Source of the DNA: the human T2T-CHM13v2.0 reference genome, Homo sapiens | DNA: 64,000 nucleotides | Direction: 5' to 3' (one strand) | Assembly: GCF_009914755.1 (NCBI RefSeq) | Contig: NC_060925.1 | Shown: positions 1-13,982 of the stretch, piece by piece | Layout: each line of letters begins with the position of its first letter | Position numbering within the stretch: position 1 is the first letter of the stretch | Position numbers and translations under genes: made by a program | The notes under the pieces: model-generated | Databases searched by the model: none | Seen by the model: the letters and a program-made list of their open reading frames with translations, nothing else | Told to the model about the DNA's origin: nothing

Positions 1-339
1 TGGGGATGTGCATGACTCACCACAAAGGGGCACTGGATCCCCCCAAATCCATGGCTCCTCAGGCTATCCCATGACAAGTCAATCAAAATGGAGCTACTGT
101 ATTTTGATTTAACCTGGCTGGCAGCTCCAGATTTCTCATCTCAAGAATAATATTTGTAGGAGAGTCTTACCACAACAGAGCATCTTTAACTTTTCAGAGT
201 GCTTTCATATCTACTGTAAAATAATAACCACTTTTTGAAGCAGATAGAGCAGCCGTCACAAACGCCACTTCATAGCAAGCAGAGAGAGAAGGATTCATAC
301 TGAATAGGTCACATGTGCCGAGAAATCATATCATTTCAT

Positions 340-430
340 CCCCACCACCTCATGGTAGGGTAAATATCATTGATCCCATTCTACAGATAAGAAAGCTGAG
401 GTGAGGTGCGCTGAGGCTAAATGGTTCCAG
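340..430 (-). mobile_element. MIR SINE fragment
   Basis: core-like cccattctacagataagaaagctgagg. Confidence 0.55.
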
Positions 431-481
431 GTTCCCTAAGGGACCTGTCTTGCCTCCCAGCCCATGTTCTATACCCTAGAC

Positions 482-695
482 CTGAGGTTGGCGCACTTTC
501 TGGAATAAGCGAGATTGTGAATCTTTTTCTTTGTGGGCCTATAGCCCCTGTTAGAACTACTTAGCTTTGCCGTGCCATTGTAGCCCAAGAGTAGTCAGTG
601 ACAATTCCTGCACACTTGTGTGTCTGTATGCAGATGAACTCGTATGTACAAAAACAAATGATAGGCCAGGTCAGGCCTGAGGTCCCTGCCCTGGA
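482..695 (+). mobile_element. MER58A-like hAT-Charlie DNA transposon
   Basis: collinear similarity to recalled MER58A consensus (gtgggcctata...actacttagctttgccg...tacaaaaac...ggcc). Confidence 0.6.
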
Positions 696-1479
696 CCTCA
701 CAGTTCTCTGAAGTCAAGAACCTCTAAAGTGGCAAGCTGTGCTTCACTTGAGCCATGGTGCAGACTCAATGCCAGGGTCCTGTCTGCACCCTAGGGCTGG
801 AATATGACTTTCATATGCTGTCTGAAGGCTCCTTAGAGATTTCCTGCCACATGCGTGGCACTGAGCTTCTCAGAGAAACTGTGATGGCCGGGGTACTCCC
901 CCAGGGGTCCGTGCAACTGGATGGCCTTCAGATCCCTGCTGACGTGGCATGTCACTCCATACAGCCCAGTCATTTGCAGGCACTTCTCCGTTAACCTCTA
1001 GAGCCCTTCATTCTCCCTTTCTGTAATTAATAAAGTGGAGGTGCAGGACTGTGCTCAGACCATCCTGTAAGTGTCATTGCTATTCTGGCCATCATGCAGC
1101 AGAGTGCCTCTCCGGGCCGCCGTTCCAAGTTGGACAGGACAAGACAGCTTGCCAGAAGGTCACCATTGTTTACAGCAGTGGCTGTTAATGCCTCTTGGCA
1201 TATGGAGCACAGTATCTATGATTCTGCTGCTGAGTGCCTGCCAGGAAATGCAGAGGTGAGGGTTCAAGACTGCATTTGCTATGCCCAGCAGAACAGTGAG
1301 GCTGGGCAGTGGCAGGGAGGCCTCTGGGATAGAAAAGTGGCTTTGCGGTCTCAGAAACCTAACCGTGAAGAGGGAAGCCACTGTGGGGACTCCCTCTAGG
1401 CAGGAGCAGACACACAGCGAAACGACCCCAGCCCTGCCTATTGGGAGCTGGGGGAGTCACACTCCATCCTCTCTTGGAG

Positions 1480-1950
1480 AGAGATCTATAGAAGAGGAGA
1501 TTTATTATGGGAATTGGCTTACATGGTTATGGAGGCCGAGAAAGCCAAGGATCTGTTGTTTGGAAGCTAGAGTGCTAGGAAAGCTGGTGGTGAAATTCAG
1601 ACCAAGTATAAAGGCCTGAGAACCAAGGGAACTGATGGTGTGACTCCCAGTCAGAGTCCAAAGAGCCGAGAATCAGGACCCCCAGTGGCTAATGCCAGAA
1701 GAAGATGGATGTCTCCACTCAAGAAGAGAGCAAATTTGTCCTTCCTCTGCCCTTTTCTTCTATTCCAGCCTTCGGTGGATTGGAGGATGCCCACCCGCAT
1801 TGGCAAGGGCAGATCTTCTTTACTCAGCCTACTGTTTGAAATGCTCATCTTTTCCAGAAACACCCTCACAGACGCACCAGGAGTGTCTCACCAGCTGCCT
1901 GGGCATCCCTTAGCCCAGTCAAGCTGACACATAAGATTAATGATTTCAGT
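1480..1950 (-). mobile_element. MLT2 (MLT2C-like) ERVL LTR
   Basis: ends cccagtcaagctgacacataagattaa, the reverse complement of the MLT2 5' terminus; typical body gatttattatgggaattggct. Confidence 0.75.
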
Positions 1951-2284
1951 GTAGGAGTCATCATGAGGAGGTCCGGGTCCTCACCTCAGCCCAGCAGATG
2001 GTTAGCAACATGACAAGGACAAAGCGTTCCCGGCTGTGGGCTCCCAGGCTCTAACATTCTGGGATTGTGTCACAACGGGCAGCCAGAGGGGCACTGGCCT
2101 CTGCCTGAAAACTTTGCTGGATTTCTGGGAGTTTCTGGCTGTGATGCTCTGGACAGGGACATACTGCCTGTCAGGGACATCTTGTTGACCATGGGGCCCA
2201 CAGCTCCACTACGGGAGGAGGTCAAGTACCTGCTCCACAGGAAGTCCAGGCTTAGAGGCTGCTTTCCTCACCATGGCCCAGTAA

Positions 2285-2657
<373 letters not shown>

Positions 2658-3662
2658 TCCAGGGGAACATCTTAATCCTTCATGCCTCTTCTCCAGCCCC
2701 ACTCTCTCAGCCTCCTACCCTAAGACAGGCTGAAAGAACAGAACCCTAAGTATAGCCAGTCATGAAGTCCCTTGTGCTGGCACTGTGCTGGGGGCTATTC
2801 CATGAGTTACTGTCCCATTTAATCCTCATTGGAGCTTCACAGATGGCCTGACCCCATTATAGAGGGGGGCACGGCAGCTCGTAGGGGTTAAACCACTTAC
2901 TCGTATGGAAAGGAGCTTGAGCTTGATCTAGCTGTTGCAGAAACAAAGTTATTTCTGTCTCACTGTGCTGTCTCCCAGGTAGGAGCTAAAGCCAAGTAGC
3001 CAGTACAGAAGTGAGAATTCTACCACTGCAGCACACGTTTTGACCAGATGTCCTTAGGCGGCTTCTTGGTGGTCAGGTCACCTGCTGGCAGGCAGACCCC
3101 AGGGTGTAGAGTACCCGTTCCAACCCAAGACAACCCCGAGTAAGACCCCTCCCAGAAGCAAACGACTCATCTCCCTGAGGTATCCTACCCCTCACCACAG
3201 GCCTGAGCTTTTCCTAAGGCTCCAGGATTTAACTTTATAAGTGCAGCATTCACAACACAGACCAAAAACTGCCTGAGGCCAGAGCTGAAAACAAGATTTG
3301 GTCCTCAAACAGCAGAAGAGGTGACCAGGTTACCTAACTTAACCTAAGGGTGAGTTTGAGGAGCGTTCAAGGAAGAACATTTACAAGAAGTACTTAACGG
3401 TTGCACGAACGCAATTTCCTTTCCTCCCAAGTCACTTTGATGTGGCCTTGCCGTGGGGACGGTTGGCCCCTCAGGATCTTGGCAAGCCAAAGCAGTCTTG
3501 TTGGGTGAAGCCAAGAGCACAATTAAGAAATTTAATTTGCAGACTCACAGTTAGCTCACTTAAGAAAACTTTCCATGCATCCTCTAATCATAGAAATAGG
3601 TTCAGCGTTTGTCAGCTATGGGGCTGTGCTCTTAATCTTCTCATTCTGCTCACTTCTCCCCA

Positions 3663-3960
3663 ACCCAGGGGTTCCCCAAAGTTTGGTCCTGAAACCACCA
3701 GCAGCACCTGAGAACTTGTTAGAAAGGCACATTCCCAGGCCCCATTCCAGAACCCCTGAATCAGAAGCTGGAGTGGGGCAAGGTAACCTGAGTTGCAGCT
3801 AGCTCTCCAGGGGATTCTGCATACTGGGACCATTGAGGAAGCCTTGAAGGGTACTAATGCTCTGTCCCCAGCCCCAGAGGCCCTGGCTTAATTAGTCTGG
3901 GATGCGGCTGGGACACAGGGATTTTTCAAAACTCCCATGGTGATTCTAACGTGTAGCTGG
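3663..3960. mobile_element. MER5A/MER5B hAT fragments
   Basis: cagcagcacctgagaacttgttagaaa...cctgaatcagaa; ggtgattctaacgtg. Confidence 0.6.
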
Positions 3961-4231
3961 GGTGACAATGACTGCTTTTGAGAGCTTTGCACAGTGGGGG
4001 CGATGTGATCTGGCACATGTTGAGATAGATGTAAATTTCTTACACAGAGGGGGGTGTCTGTGCAGTGCCAATGTCTACTTTAAGATTTACCTGGATAATT
4101 ATTCAATACAAATTCCTGGCTTCCAAGCCCACCAAATCAAGGAAAGAGCCTGAGAAATTGCAGCTTTTTAAATTAAACTAGTGCCCCAAGACAGATGATA
4201 CTTATCATCAGAGAGTTGGGGACACTGTGGT

Positions 4232-4510
4232 TCTCAACAGAGGACACTAGAGGCTGGGAAGGGTAGGAGGAAAGAGAGGATAGGGAGGGATTTGTTAAAA
4301 GTTACAAAATTACAGCTAGACAGGAAGAATAATTTCTAGTGTTCTATATTACTGTAGAATAACTGTAGTTAAGAATAATATATAGTTGCAAAGAGCTAGA
4401 AGGAACATGATAAATGTTTGAGATGATAGATATGCTAATTACCTTGATCTGATCACTATACATTATATGTACCGGAACATCACTATGAACCCCATAAATG
4501 TATGTAATTT
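4232..4510 (+). mobile_element. L1MA-type 3' UTR fragment
   Basis: aaattacagctagacaggaagaataa...ctgatcactatacattatatgta...cccataaat. Confidence 0.75.
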
Positions 4511-4821
4511 TTATATGGACTGTGGACTCAGTTATCCCCCTCACCCCCCACCGCCCTACTTCCCCAACCCCAGAAACTGATGACTGTTTCTACCCAGTGA
4601 AAAGTGAGAAGGAATGTCCAGCTCATCTTCTTTTTAGCACAGATTCACATCTGACCATTGCTTGCATGGATTTCTGTGTCCTCACCTTTCCTGGCCTCTA
4701 GCACCCAGTTGGACACCTCCAGTCCAGACCCCCACCTAACCTTCTAGCTAGTCCCTAAGCTGAAATCTCAGGGTGCCTTGCAATAGGGTCAGTGCCACAG
4801 CCCCAAGAACACATCAATTAT

Positions 4822-5112
4822 TTTTTAACTATTTATTTATTTATGACAAAGTCTTGCTCTTTCACCCAGGCTGGAGTGCAGTGGCACAATCTTGGCTCAC
4901 TGCAACCTCCACCTCCCAGGTTCAAGGCTGACTCAGCCTCCCAAGTAGCTGGGACTACAGGTGCGTGCCACCACGCCCAGCTAATATTTGTATTTTTAGT
5001 AGAGATGGGGTTTCACTGTGTTGGCCAGGCTGGTCTCGAACTCATGACCTCAGGGGATCCACCCACCTTGGCCTCCCGAAGTGCTAGGATTACAGGTGTG
5101 AGGCACCTGGCC
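4822..5112 (-). mobile_element. AluS (Sx-like) with small internal deletion
   Basis: standard Alu antisense sequence; (ATTT)n-derived tail. Confidence 0.9.
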
Positions 5113-5142
5113 GAATTGTTTAAGTATTTATTCTTAAAATAG

Positions 5143-5481
5143 TTCAGTGTCACTTAATGGGATTCATTCTGAGAAACGCATCTCTAGGCGACTTCATCAT
5201 TGTGCAAACATCATAGCGAGCACTCACAAACCTAGATGGTATAGCCTACTATACACCTAGGCTATATGCTATTTCCTCTGCTTCTAGGCTACAAACTGGT
5301 ACAGCATGTGACTGTTCTCAATACTATAGGCAATTGTAACACAATGGCAAGTATTTGTGTCTCTAAACATATCTAAATGTAGAAAAGGTACAGTAAAAAT
5401 GCAGTATTATAATCCGATGTGGCCACAGTCATATATGCGGTCTGTTGTTGACTGAAACATCACTATGCAGTGCGTGGCTGT
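5143..5481 (-). mobile_element. Tigger3a (MER7A) TcMar DNA transposon
   Basis: collinear with recalled Tigger3a (ctagatggtatagcctact...acctaggctata...gtacagtaaaaat...gcggtctgttgttgactgaaac). Confidence 0.85.
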
Positions 5482-5824
5482 GATTTTCATCTCACAGGAT
5501 GTTGCAAAAATAGCAGAGAGGCCCCATGTGTCCCTCTTCCAGCTTCCCCCAATGGTAACATCATCCCTGACCTTAGGGCAAAATTGAACCCAGGAAATTC
5601 TCATTGACACAACACAGTTGGGTAGATAACAGACCTATTCAGATTTCACCAAACAATCATTTTTCATGCTTTTTAATGCCTGTGCCCCCTTAACTAAGGG
5701 CTCTGATAGCCAGCTGACCAAGGGGTAGAGTCATTGTCCAGCATTTCACTAGGAACAGGTGGAGGGGCTGGAGTACGAACTGCTTTCCAGCTCCCTCGTG
5801 GAAGCTCATAAATGATCATGATGA

Positions 5825-6075
5825 AAATACCAAATACTTATATAGGATTATTATACGCCAGATGTTGTTCTAAGTACTTCAGGTACATTAACTCATTTAG
5901 TCCTTACAAAAGCCCTGAAAGGTAGACACTCTTATTATCACCCTAGTACTACATGTGAGGAGCGAGAGGCCCAGAGAGGGTAAGTGGCTTACCCAGAATC
6001 ACAGAGCTAGTTAGGAGTTCAGCCATAATTCGAGCTAGGCAGCCTGGCTGCAGGGTCTTTGTCCTTCAACCCCAT
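5825..6075 (-). mobile_element. MIR SINE
   Basis: attaactcatttagtccttacaaaagccctgaaaggtag...gaggcccagagagggtaagt. Confidence 0.7.
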
Positions 6076-7014
6076 GCATTTCTACTTCCTGCAATGCCAC
6101 ACCCTTATCTCTCAAACTGGGGAACTAATAACCTCTGGGGTCACAGGTTGGAGAACAGAGGTAGGGGGTGGAGCAAAAGCACTGGCTAAGCATGGTTCCA
6201 GATTCAGGCAGCACAGAAGATTCATTATTAAAAGCAGCCACAATGTGGATTCGAATGCAAAATCCTTGGGAAGTTTTAGGATGGAATGTGGGGTTTTAAA
6301 TACCTTTTGCCTTTGCAGTGGGACATTCTGACCATAGCCCCTGCCTCCAGGAGCTAAAGCTACCCCAAGGCCATTTGGACTCCTTCAGTGGGAGAGAAGG
6401 GAAGCATTGCCTTAAATTAAGAGTCCAGCCTCTGCTGAGGACAAGAGTTTCCTCCGCTCTCTGACAAATTAATCAGGTCTGAAAGTGAGAAGGTGGGCTT
6501 GGGAGCGATTTTCTCCTCTGGAGCCTGGGGAATGTGCCCATGTGTGCCCCACAGGACCCCTGTGTACAGCAGAAAAGGGGCTACCTGGGGAATTAGAACC
6601 AGAGGCCTCTTCCAGGCCCCACTCACCCCTCACTCTGGTGCATCCTGATACAAGCACGAGCTGGACAGCTCTGCGTGGCAGTCCTGTGTTCCTGCGGCAT
6701 GGTGCCACAGAGAATGTTTTGTCCCTGTGCTAATGGCCTCTGTTGAACACTGGCTTTGCCACTTCATGGCAACTCTGTGCCAAAGATGTGAGATGAATGA
6801 AGGGAGGCACCAGAGCACCTGTTCACCTCATGTGTACCCTGAGAACAAGCAGATAGTGCCCCTAACAAAACCCACTGGAGACTGAGCCCATAGCCTCCCT
6901 GTCCCTTCACTCCAGCCTTCCATCTGTTAGTTCACTACCACCTGGCCTTGCATTAGTGGATCCAAAAACTGGTTGTTTTACTCACTTTGAAAAGATAATG
7001 AAAATCATAGCTTC

Positions 7015-7210
7015 TATTTGTTGAGGACCTACTATGTGCCAGGCACGATTTTATGCTTATGCGTCACAGACACTGTCTTACTTAATCCCGCCCTGTCTCT
7101 GAGAGAGCTGGTTATCATCCCCATTCTGCACACAAGGAATCTGAGATTCAGAGAAGTCAGTCACCTGCCCGAGGTCACACAGCTAGCAGATGCTGAAACA
7201 GGTTCCACTC
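7015..7210 (-). mobile_element. MIR SINE
   Basis: ctactatgtgccaggcac...atccccattctgcac...ctgagattcagagaagt...aggtcacacagctag. Confidence 0.75.
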
Positions 7211-8100
7211 CACTGCGTGTATATGTATAAACATCTCTGTGTGTGCATAAACACACTCTTCCCAACCAGAGATCCGGCAGAAAGCACATCCCTGGAGAAA
7301 ACACAGAAGAAATGTGAGCAGGAGGCTGGAAGGTCCTCTTTGTGAGTGGGCAATCTTGGAAAATGTTTGTGTGAAACATCGTCAACAAGGTGCCTATCAA
7401 TTTCATTCAGGCAGCAGCCCAACAAGGGCACTGTTCTTTACCTAAGCCACAAAGAAAAAGCTTTCACCAAGGGACCAAGGGAATGTTAGGCAGGGAATGA
7501 AGGAGAGAAGGCTGAGATCTGCATCCAACAAAGAGTTCAGTCCTCCTGGGGACAGGAAGGGAGGTGGAAGGCGTCTTGTCATCTGAGATACTAGCAGACT
7601 CATAGGCAGATTTTGCTGCTGATTCCCATCCTATATTTTTTAGAGATCTTCCGTGAATTTTAGAATTTGCTTAGGCTCAGAAAGACGCATACGGTTTTTG
7701 TATCTTGAGTGGGGCTGTCACCATAGTTACCCTGTCCAATAAACTTTCTCATTTAAATGCCTCTCACTTCAATGTACTATTTTATTCAGATCTCTGTCTA
7801 ATCAAGGAGGCTCTAGCAGTATCTGCCCTGGGAAAATCCTCTTCATTTTGGTCCAAAGAAGCAATCTTTATTAACTATTTTCTTCTCTCGCATTGTCCAT
7901 AAGAAGTAGGACAATTAATTTTTTATCATTTTTCTTAAATGCTATCTGCATTTCCCCTTGTGCACAACAGGTAAGAACCATGTCTTCACCCTTTGATGAA
8001 GCAAAAGGAGGAGGTTATTTAGAACCATCCCAAAAACCTATTTAAATCTCCCATGTATTGGAAGAAATAGCAACCCCACACCACCAGCTGGCTAGGAGAG

Positions 8101-8274
8101 GGTCTGGGCTTCATGCCACGGCTCATGCCTTTAGTCCCAGCTATGTGGGAGGCTGAGCCAGGAGGAGCACTTGGGCTCAGGAGTTCAAGGTTACAGTGAG
8201 CTGTGATTGCACCACTGCACTCCAGCCTGGGCAACAGAGTGAGACCCTGTCTCAAAAAAAAAAAAAAAAAAAAA
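8101..8274 (+). mobile_element. Monomeric Alu (FRAM/FAM or AluJ right arm) with poly(A)
   Basis: single arm ending gagtgagaccctgtctc(A)n. Confidence 0.85.
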
Positions 8275-9566
8275 GGAAGAGAGTCTAGATAAACCAATGG
8301 GTCTGAAGGACTGTCTATGGTTTCTAGACAGCAAAGACCAGGGCCAAGAGCTCAGCTCTCTGCAGAGGACAGAGGCAGCACTGGGTGTGGAGCAGCTCTC
8401 AGAGCCAAGAGCCGTCAGTGGGTTCCCAGTAGGATGGCCAGGTCAGTGTGGAGGCAGGTCCACCATCCGCACCCCTTGCTGCACTGTGCCATTTGTCTCC
8501 TTATGAGTGTTGGGTCCCTGGCCTCCAATCTTTCTCCAGCCAAATCCTTTCTTTCTCAAGCATATCTCTGAGCCCACTCTCCCCTTCAAAGATTCCACCT
8601 GCCTCAAAAGTGCTTGCCAACATTAAGTGCCTGGGACTTGTCCCCACCCACCTTCAGCCCTTCTTCTGAGGATCAGAAGGCAGAGCATGGGACATCCCTT
8701 TTTTCTGGGACATAGATGATCTCCTACCTGAGCCATATGCTGGAGTTCCGCATGAAACAAATTCTGCCGCCAAGAAGCTCTGAAGCCATTCTCCACACTC
8801 TGCTGCACTTGGCAGCTCCCCATTCTTACCCAAAGAGGAAGAATCACACAGCAGTTGCGGATGGCTAGAGATTTCAAGTGTTTTAAGGCAGTTAATTTTG
8901 GGGGAAAAGAGAAAGCTGCTCAAAGAGAAAGCTGCTCCATCTGTTCATAGAGTGGAAAAGCCTATTCCCAACCTGGACAAAGGAAGATCTTTGATGCGAT
9001 GCTGTGAAGGGACTCAGCTGCAGTAACTCACGCTTGTTCCACTCACAGCACCTTGAGGACCCCAGAGCCCCCTCACCCATAAATGTGTAGGACAAGCTGG
9101 TTCCTCTGACTTTGATCTTCTATGAAGGAACAGCATCTCTATCAGAATCAATTGGGAAGCCCTTTGAGATGGTCACTAGACTCACACTCACAGCCCATCA
9201 GAAAAGAACCCAGCCAAGGTGGGCTGACAGGGAGCTGAGGGGGTAGCCTTCTGTCTGAAGCATTCTACTTCAGAACCACCATGGCTCCATCTGGGTGGTC
9301 ATAAAAAATGCAAGTCCCTGGGTTGTACCCCAGACAGACTGAACTTGAACATCTACAAGTGGAGATCAGGAGCCTACTTTAATTAAAAAACAATAACAAC
9401 AAAACACCTCTCCTGGTTCTTGTTGTGATACTTTCTGGACTACTATAACCATGTTCCAGAAGCTCTGAGCAAGGTCTTTCCCTACACCCAAACAGCACCA
9501 GAACTGAAATTTCTTCTTTGGAGAATTATTCTTGTGAGGGCCCTGGAATGTTGTTTGAGTTGTGGT

Positions 9567-9938
9567 TGATATGGTTTGGCTGTGTCGCCACCCAAGTCTC
9601 ATCTTGAATTGTAATTCCCACAATTCCCACATGTCATGGGAGGAACCCAGCGGGAGGTGAGTGAATCATGCAGGTAGGTCTTTCCTGCACTGTTCTCATG
9701 AGAGTGAATGAGTCTCATGAGATCTGATGGTTTTAAAAATGGGAGTTTCCCTGCACAAGTGCTCTCTCTTTGCCTGCTGCCATCCATGTAAGATGTGACT
9801 TGCTCCTCCTTGCCTTCCACCATGATTGTGAGGCCTCCCCAGCCATGTGGAACTGTGAGTCCAATTAAACCTCTTTCTTTTGTAAATTGCCCAGTGTCAG
9901 GTATGTCTTTATCAGCAGCATAAAAATGGGCTAATACA
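9567..9938 (+). mobile_element. THE1 (THE1C-like) solo LTR, ERVL-MaLR
   Basis: TGATATGGTTTGGC...CTAATACA termini; perfect 5-bp TSD gtggt at 9562-9566 and 9939-9943. Confidence 0.92.
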
Positions 9939-11064
9939 GTGGTCTTCTAAGGCTTCAGGTTAAACCATAAATACTCCTAAGAGGGAAGCACCTCCAAGCC
10001 ACCTGGATGAGAGAAGTACACAAGAACAGAGCTAAACTCTCTTTGTGAGTGAGGAAGCCAGAAAGGGGGAAAACAGCATGAAAAAGCCTAGGGGTTCATG
10101 GACAGGCTAGGACCCTGCCCAGTGTCGAAGCCCCCAATGCAAAGACCACATAAAGACGGCTTTACTACACTTACTGATCAGGGAGAGCACTAACTTGTCA
10201 GAGTCTGTGTCTCTAAAGGAGGAACTTACAGAGTTGTAGGGGCTCAGTTAGTTATGGGGTACTGTTTAAGGTAGAAGTTAGGAAGCAGAGATTGGTAAGA
10301 ATTTGCAAATCAGGTGAGTTGCTGAACTCAGATGGTCTTTGAAATGCATGGGTCCATGAGAAGTTACTCTTAACTCAGTCCGTGGTCTTATATTGGAACA
10401 TATGGATTGGAACTTGACAAGCTGACATCAAAACAATTTGATCTTAGATAGTACAGGGCATGTCATGGTTTAATACAATTTTCTGTTGTGCAATCATAGT
10501 ACAGTTTTGCTTGGATGGCATCTCTATCATTTCTCACCGCCAAACAAGAACATCAGCTCATCATTGCTTTATAATCACTTGAGCGCATGCTTTACTTATC
10601 ACACTGTAACCCTTTCCAGAAACCAAATTCATAACTTGAGAATGCTAAAATGAGATTCTGGAAACTTGTTCCAAAAGAGGAATAAAAGTGTTAGAACAAT
10701 GATAGCATTTTAGTAATAAGAGCACCATGCCCCAGTTGCCTCCTCTGAAAGACTATTATCATTCAGTTGTGGAAATTCCAGTGGGCCCATCACCCCACTA
10801 CATACTTGGGCTATGTTGCTTCTCACATAAAGTCCCGAGGCATAGGTGGTAAGGAGATCACCTAGCCCATGCCCCTTGCCACCGAACTCATCCCTCCAAT
10901 GCTTTCAGTCAATTGGAATACTATGACTTTTAAGAATAAGCACACTACATATATTTATCTGGCCATTTTCAGCTGCCATTTATATTGTTTCTCTCATTGA
11001 CCTTCTCAGAAGTCTTAGGAGATAGGTCAGGAAGCTTCTACCCTCTCCTAAGGAAAAAAAAAAA

Positions 11065-11580
11065 AAGACTTTTTAGAACAGTTTTAGGTTCACAGCAAAA
11101 CTAAGCAGAAAGTTCCCATATAACCCCTTGCTCCCATACCCGCACAGCCTGCCACACTGTCAGCATCCCCCAGTGGTGTGCTGCATTTGCTACCATTCAT
11201 GAACCCATACTGACACATCATCACCACCCAGAGCTCCTAGTTTACATTATGGTTCAGTCTTGATGATGTACATTCTGTGGATGTACATCATCCACAGCCT
11301 GCCACACTGTCAGCATCCCCCATTGGTGTGCTGCGTTTGCTACCATTCATGAACCCATACTGACACATCATCACCACCCAGAGCTCCTAGTTTACATTAT
11401 GGTTCAGTCTTGATGTTGTACATTCTGTGGATCTTGACAAATGTCTAATGACATGTGTATCTATCATTACAGTATCAGAGCCATTTCATTGCCCTAAAAA
11501 TCCTTCCCCCAACCCCTGGAAATTACTGATCTTATACTATCTCCACAGTTTTTCCTTTTCCAACATATCATAAGCTGGAC
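11065..11580 (-). mobile_element. L1MB-type 3' end fragment containing a 140-bp tandem duplication
   Basis: ttttagaacagttttaggttcacagcaaaa...; duplicate copies at 11143-11282 and 11293-11432. Confidence 0.75.
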
Positions 11581-11999
11581 TCTCGTCTCCTTTTAATGAA
11601 CATGGAAACGTGCACAGAGAGGTGTGTGATGGCTCAGTGTGATACAGGCAGCCCCAGGTGTTCCATCTCCAGGCCCCACATTCCCTCCACTGAGCCTCCT
11701 TCACGACTCTGTTTCTTGACTCTGCAGAGCTGAGAACTTCCTCAGCTGCGATCATTTCAGACCTGAGTAGAATAGAACTCCTACGCCGAGTGTTTCAGTG
11801 AACAGAGAATTTTAGGGAATGTTCCAATTTGGCTGAAGGTCCATCTTCTTGGTGAAGCTAATAGATGAAGCTAATGGAAAGCATTTAAGACAAAGACAAT
11901 TAGGGGAGACTTTGTTTTATAAAACAAATCTGAATACTTGGGAGAGCAGGTTTAGCTCAAATGTTCAAAAATTCCTTCACTAATACCCGGCTCTAAAAA

Positions 12000-12225
12000 C
12001 ATTTTCTTAGTTGACAAATAGTAATTGTATGTATTCGTGATGTACAATAATTGTACATCATGGTTCTATTTCAATACACATAAGGTATAGTGATCAGTCC
12101 AGGGTAATTCGCATATTTATTATCTCAAACATTTATCATTTCTTTGTGTTGGGAACATTCACTATCCTCCTCCTAGCTATTTGAAACTAATAATATATCG
12201 TTGTTAACTATAGTCATCCTACAGT
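12000..12225 (-). mobile_element. L1MA-type 3' end fragment
   Basis: gtatagtgatcag...tctcaaacatttatcatttctttgtgttgggaacattc. Confidence 0.75.
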
Positions 12226-13644
12226 TAATACCTGGCATCAGCACTGAGTTGAAACACATCTAAGGAAAAGAAAGGGTTTTATGAGCCAAGGACATGGCAT
12301 TAACTCTCTTGAATTTTTACCAATTATGTTAAAAATAACCATGCAATTCAGGTTCAATTAAAGAGGAGAATAAAGGGAGTGGAGCAGCACATAGCAGAAT
12401 GAAGCATTTATCTGAGACTGACAGCAAAAGCCTCTTTGACTTCAGCAGTGGAATTCAGTATGCTTCTTTAGAACGAAAGAGCAAAAGAAAAAAGGTAAAA
12501 AGCCTTTCCCCCGACTCTATCCTCTTCTCAAGTTCCATGACCTTGGGCTGTCAGACTTACTGCAGAAGGAAAATTTCAGCAGTTCAGCAGTATCACTCCT
12601 ATAGCTCGATCCTAGAATTGTTTGGGCTTGATTTCCATAGACATTTTTTGTAACCCACTGCCAACCTCTAGGAAATAGGGATGAGTGACAACAGCACCTG
12701 GCTAGAAATGACAGTCTGTGGCTCCAGTTCTGGTGGTTTGTTGGTTCTACAGGTGAGCCTCAGGTGGTCATCTCCCCACTGTAGGGCTCTCTGACTTCCC
12801 TCTTTTTCAAAAGGATGTGGCTAATCATTCACATTAGATCTTCCCAAAGATGCCTAATGATCTTAGGGTCAGTGCATGCCATGGTGTTTCCTTGGGTGCA
12901 AGTTTAGAGCTTACTGAAATAGGGACAGAGGGATGGCCACCTTGACCTTCAGGTTTTCTTAAATCCCTTTCTTCAGAAGGAGGGGCTCAGGTAAAGGAAA
13001 CACATCACTTCTGCATGGTGAATGCAGCTGAGAGCACACTCCTCCCTGCTAAGTGAGACCTAGCTAGCAACTCAAGGAAGATGCTCATGTCCCACTAGGA
13101 CTTTAGAACACACACATGCACACCTTTATCTAACTCCAGGCATCTGGTTAGGAGAGATCATGTCGCTAAATTTAGAATTGTCAGGTCACTCTCTATTTAA
13201 AGTTGTAGTCTTGGGGACTTCATTCACCTCTCTTCCTATTTCCCTCATTGGCCACCTCCTACTGCAAAGGCACCTGAGAGTGGATTTGAATCCCATAACG
13301 TTTAGAGGAACCTTGGAGTAAAGTGTTCCAGAAATAAAAGTCATCACATACCCAGGCAGGGAAGGAGGGAAGATACAGGAGATTCCTATTCCTTTATTTA
13401 ATTTTTATTAATTTAATTTTGTCTTAGCTTTTTATTATCAAAAATTCAACATTTACAAAGTGGAAATCGTACAATGAACTGCCATGTATCCATCACCCAG
13501 TTTCAACAATTAGCAACTCAAGACCAATCTCATTTCATCTATACCACCATCCGTTCCCTCTTCCCATCAGATTGATTTGAAGAAAATCCAGACATCATAT
13601 AATTTCTTTTGAGGCATTTCTAAATGTATGTATTTCTTAAAAAT

Positions 13645-13982
13645 GGCCAGGCGCGGTGGCTGGATTGTAATCCAGCACTTTGGGAACCTGAGATGGGTGG
13701 ATCACTTGCAGTCAGGAGTTGGAGACCAGCCTGGCCAACATGGCAAAATCCTCTGTCTACAAAAAAAAATACAATAAATTAGCCAACATGGTGGCATGTT
13801 CCTGTAATTCCAGCTACTTGGGAGACTGAGGCACAAGAATCACTTGAATCCAGGAGGTGGAGGTTGCAGTGAGTCGAGATTGTGTCACTGCACTCCAGTC
13901 TGGGTGACGGAGTGAGACTCTGTCTCAAGAAAAAAAAAAAAAAAAGAAAGAAAGAAAAAGAAAAGAAAAAAGAGAGAAAAAA
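13645..13982 (+). mobile_element. AluS with long A/AG-rich tail
   Basis: ggccaggcgcggtggct...gagactctgtctcaag(A)n. Confidence 0.9.
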
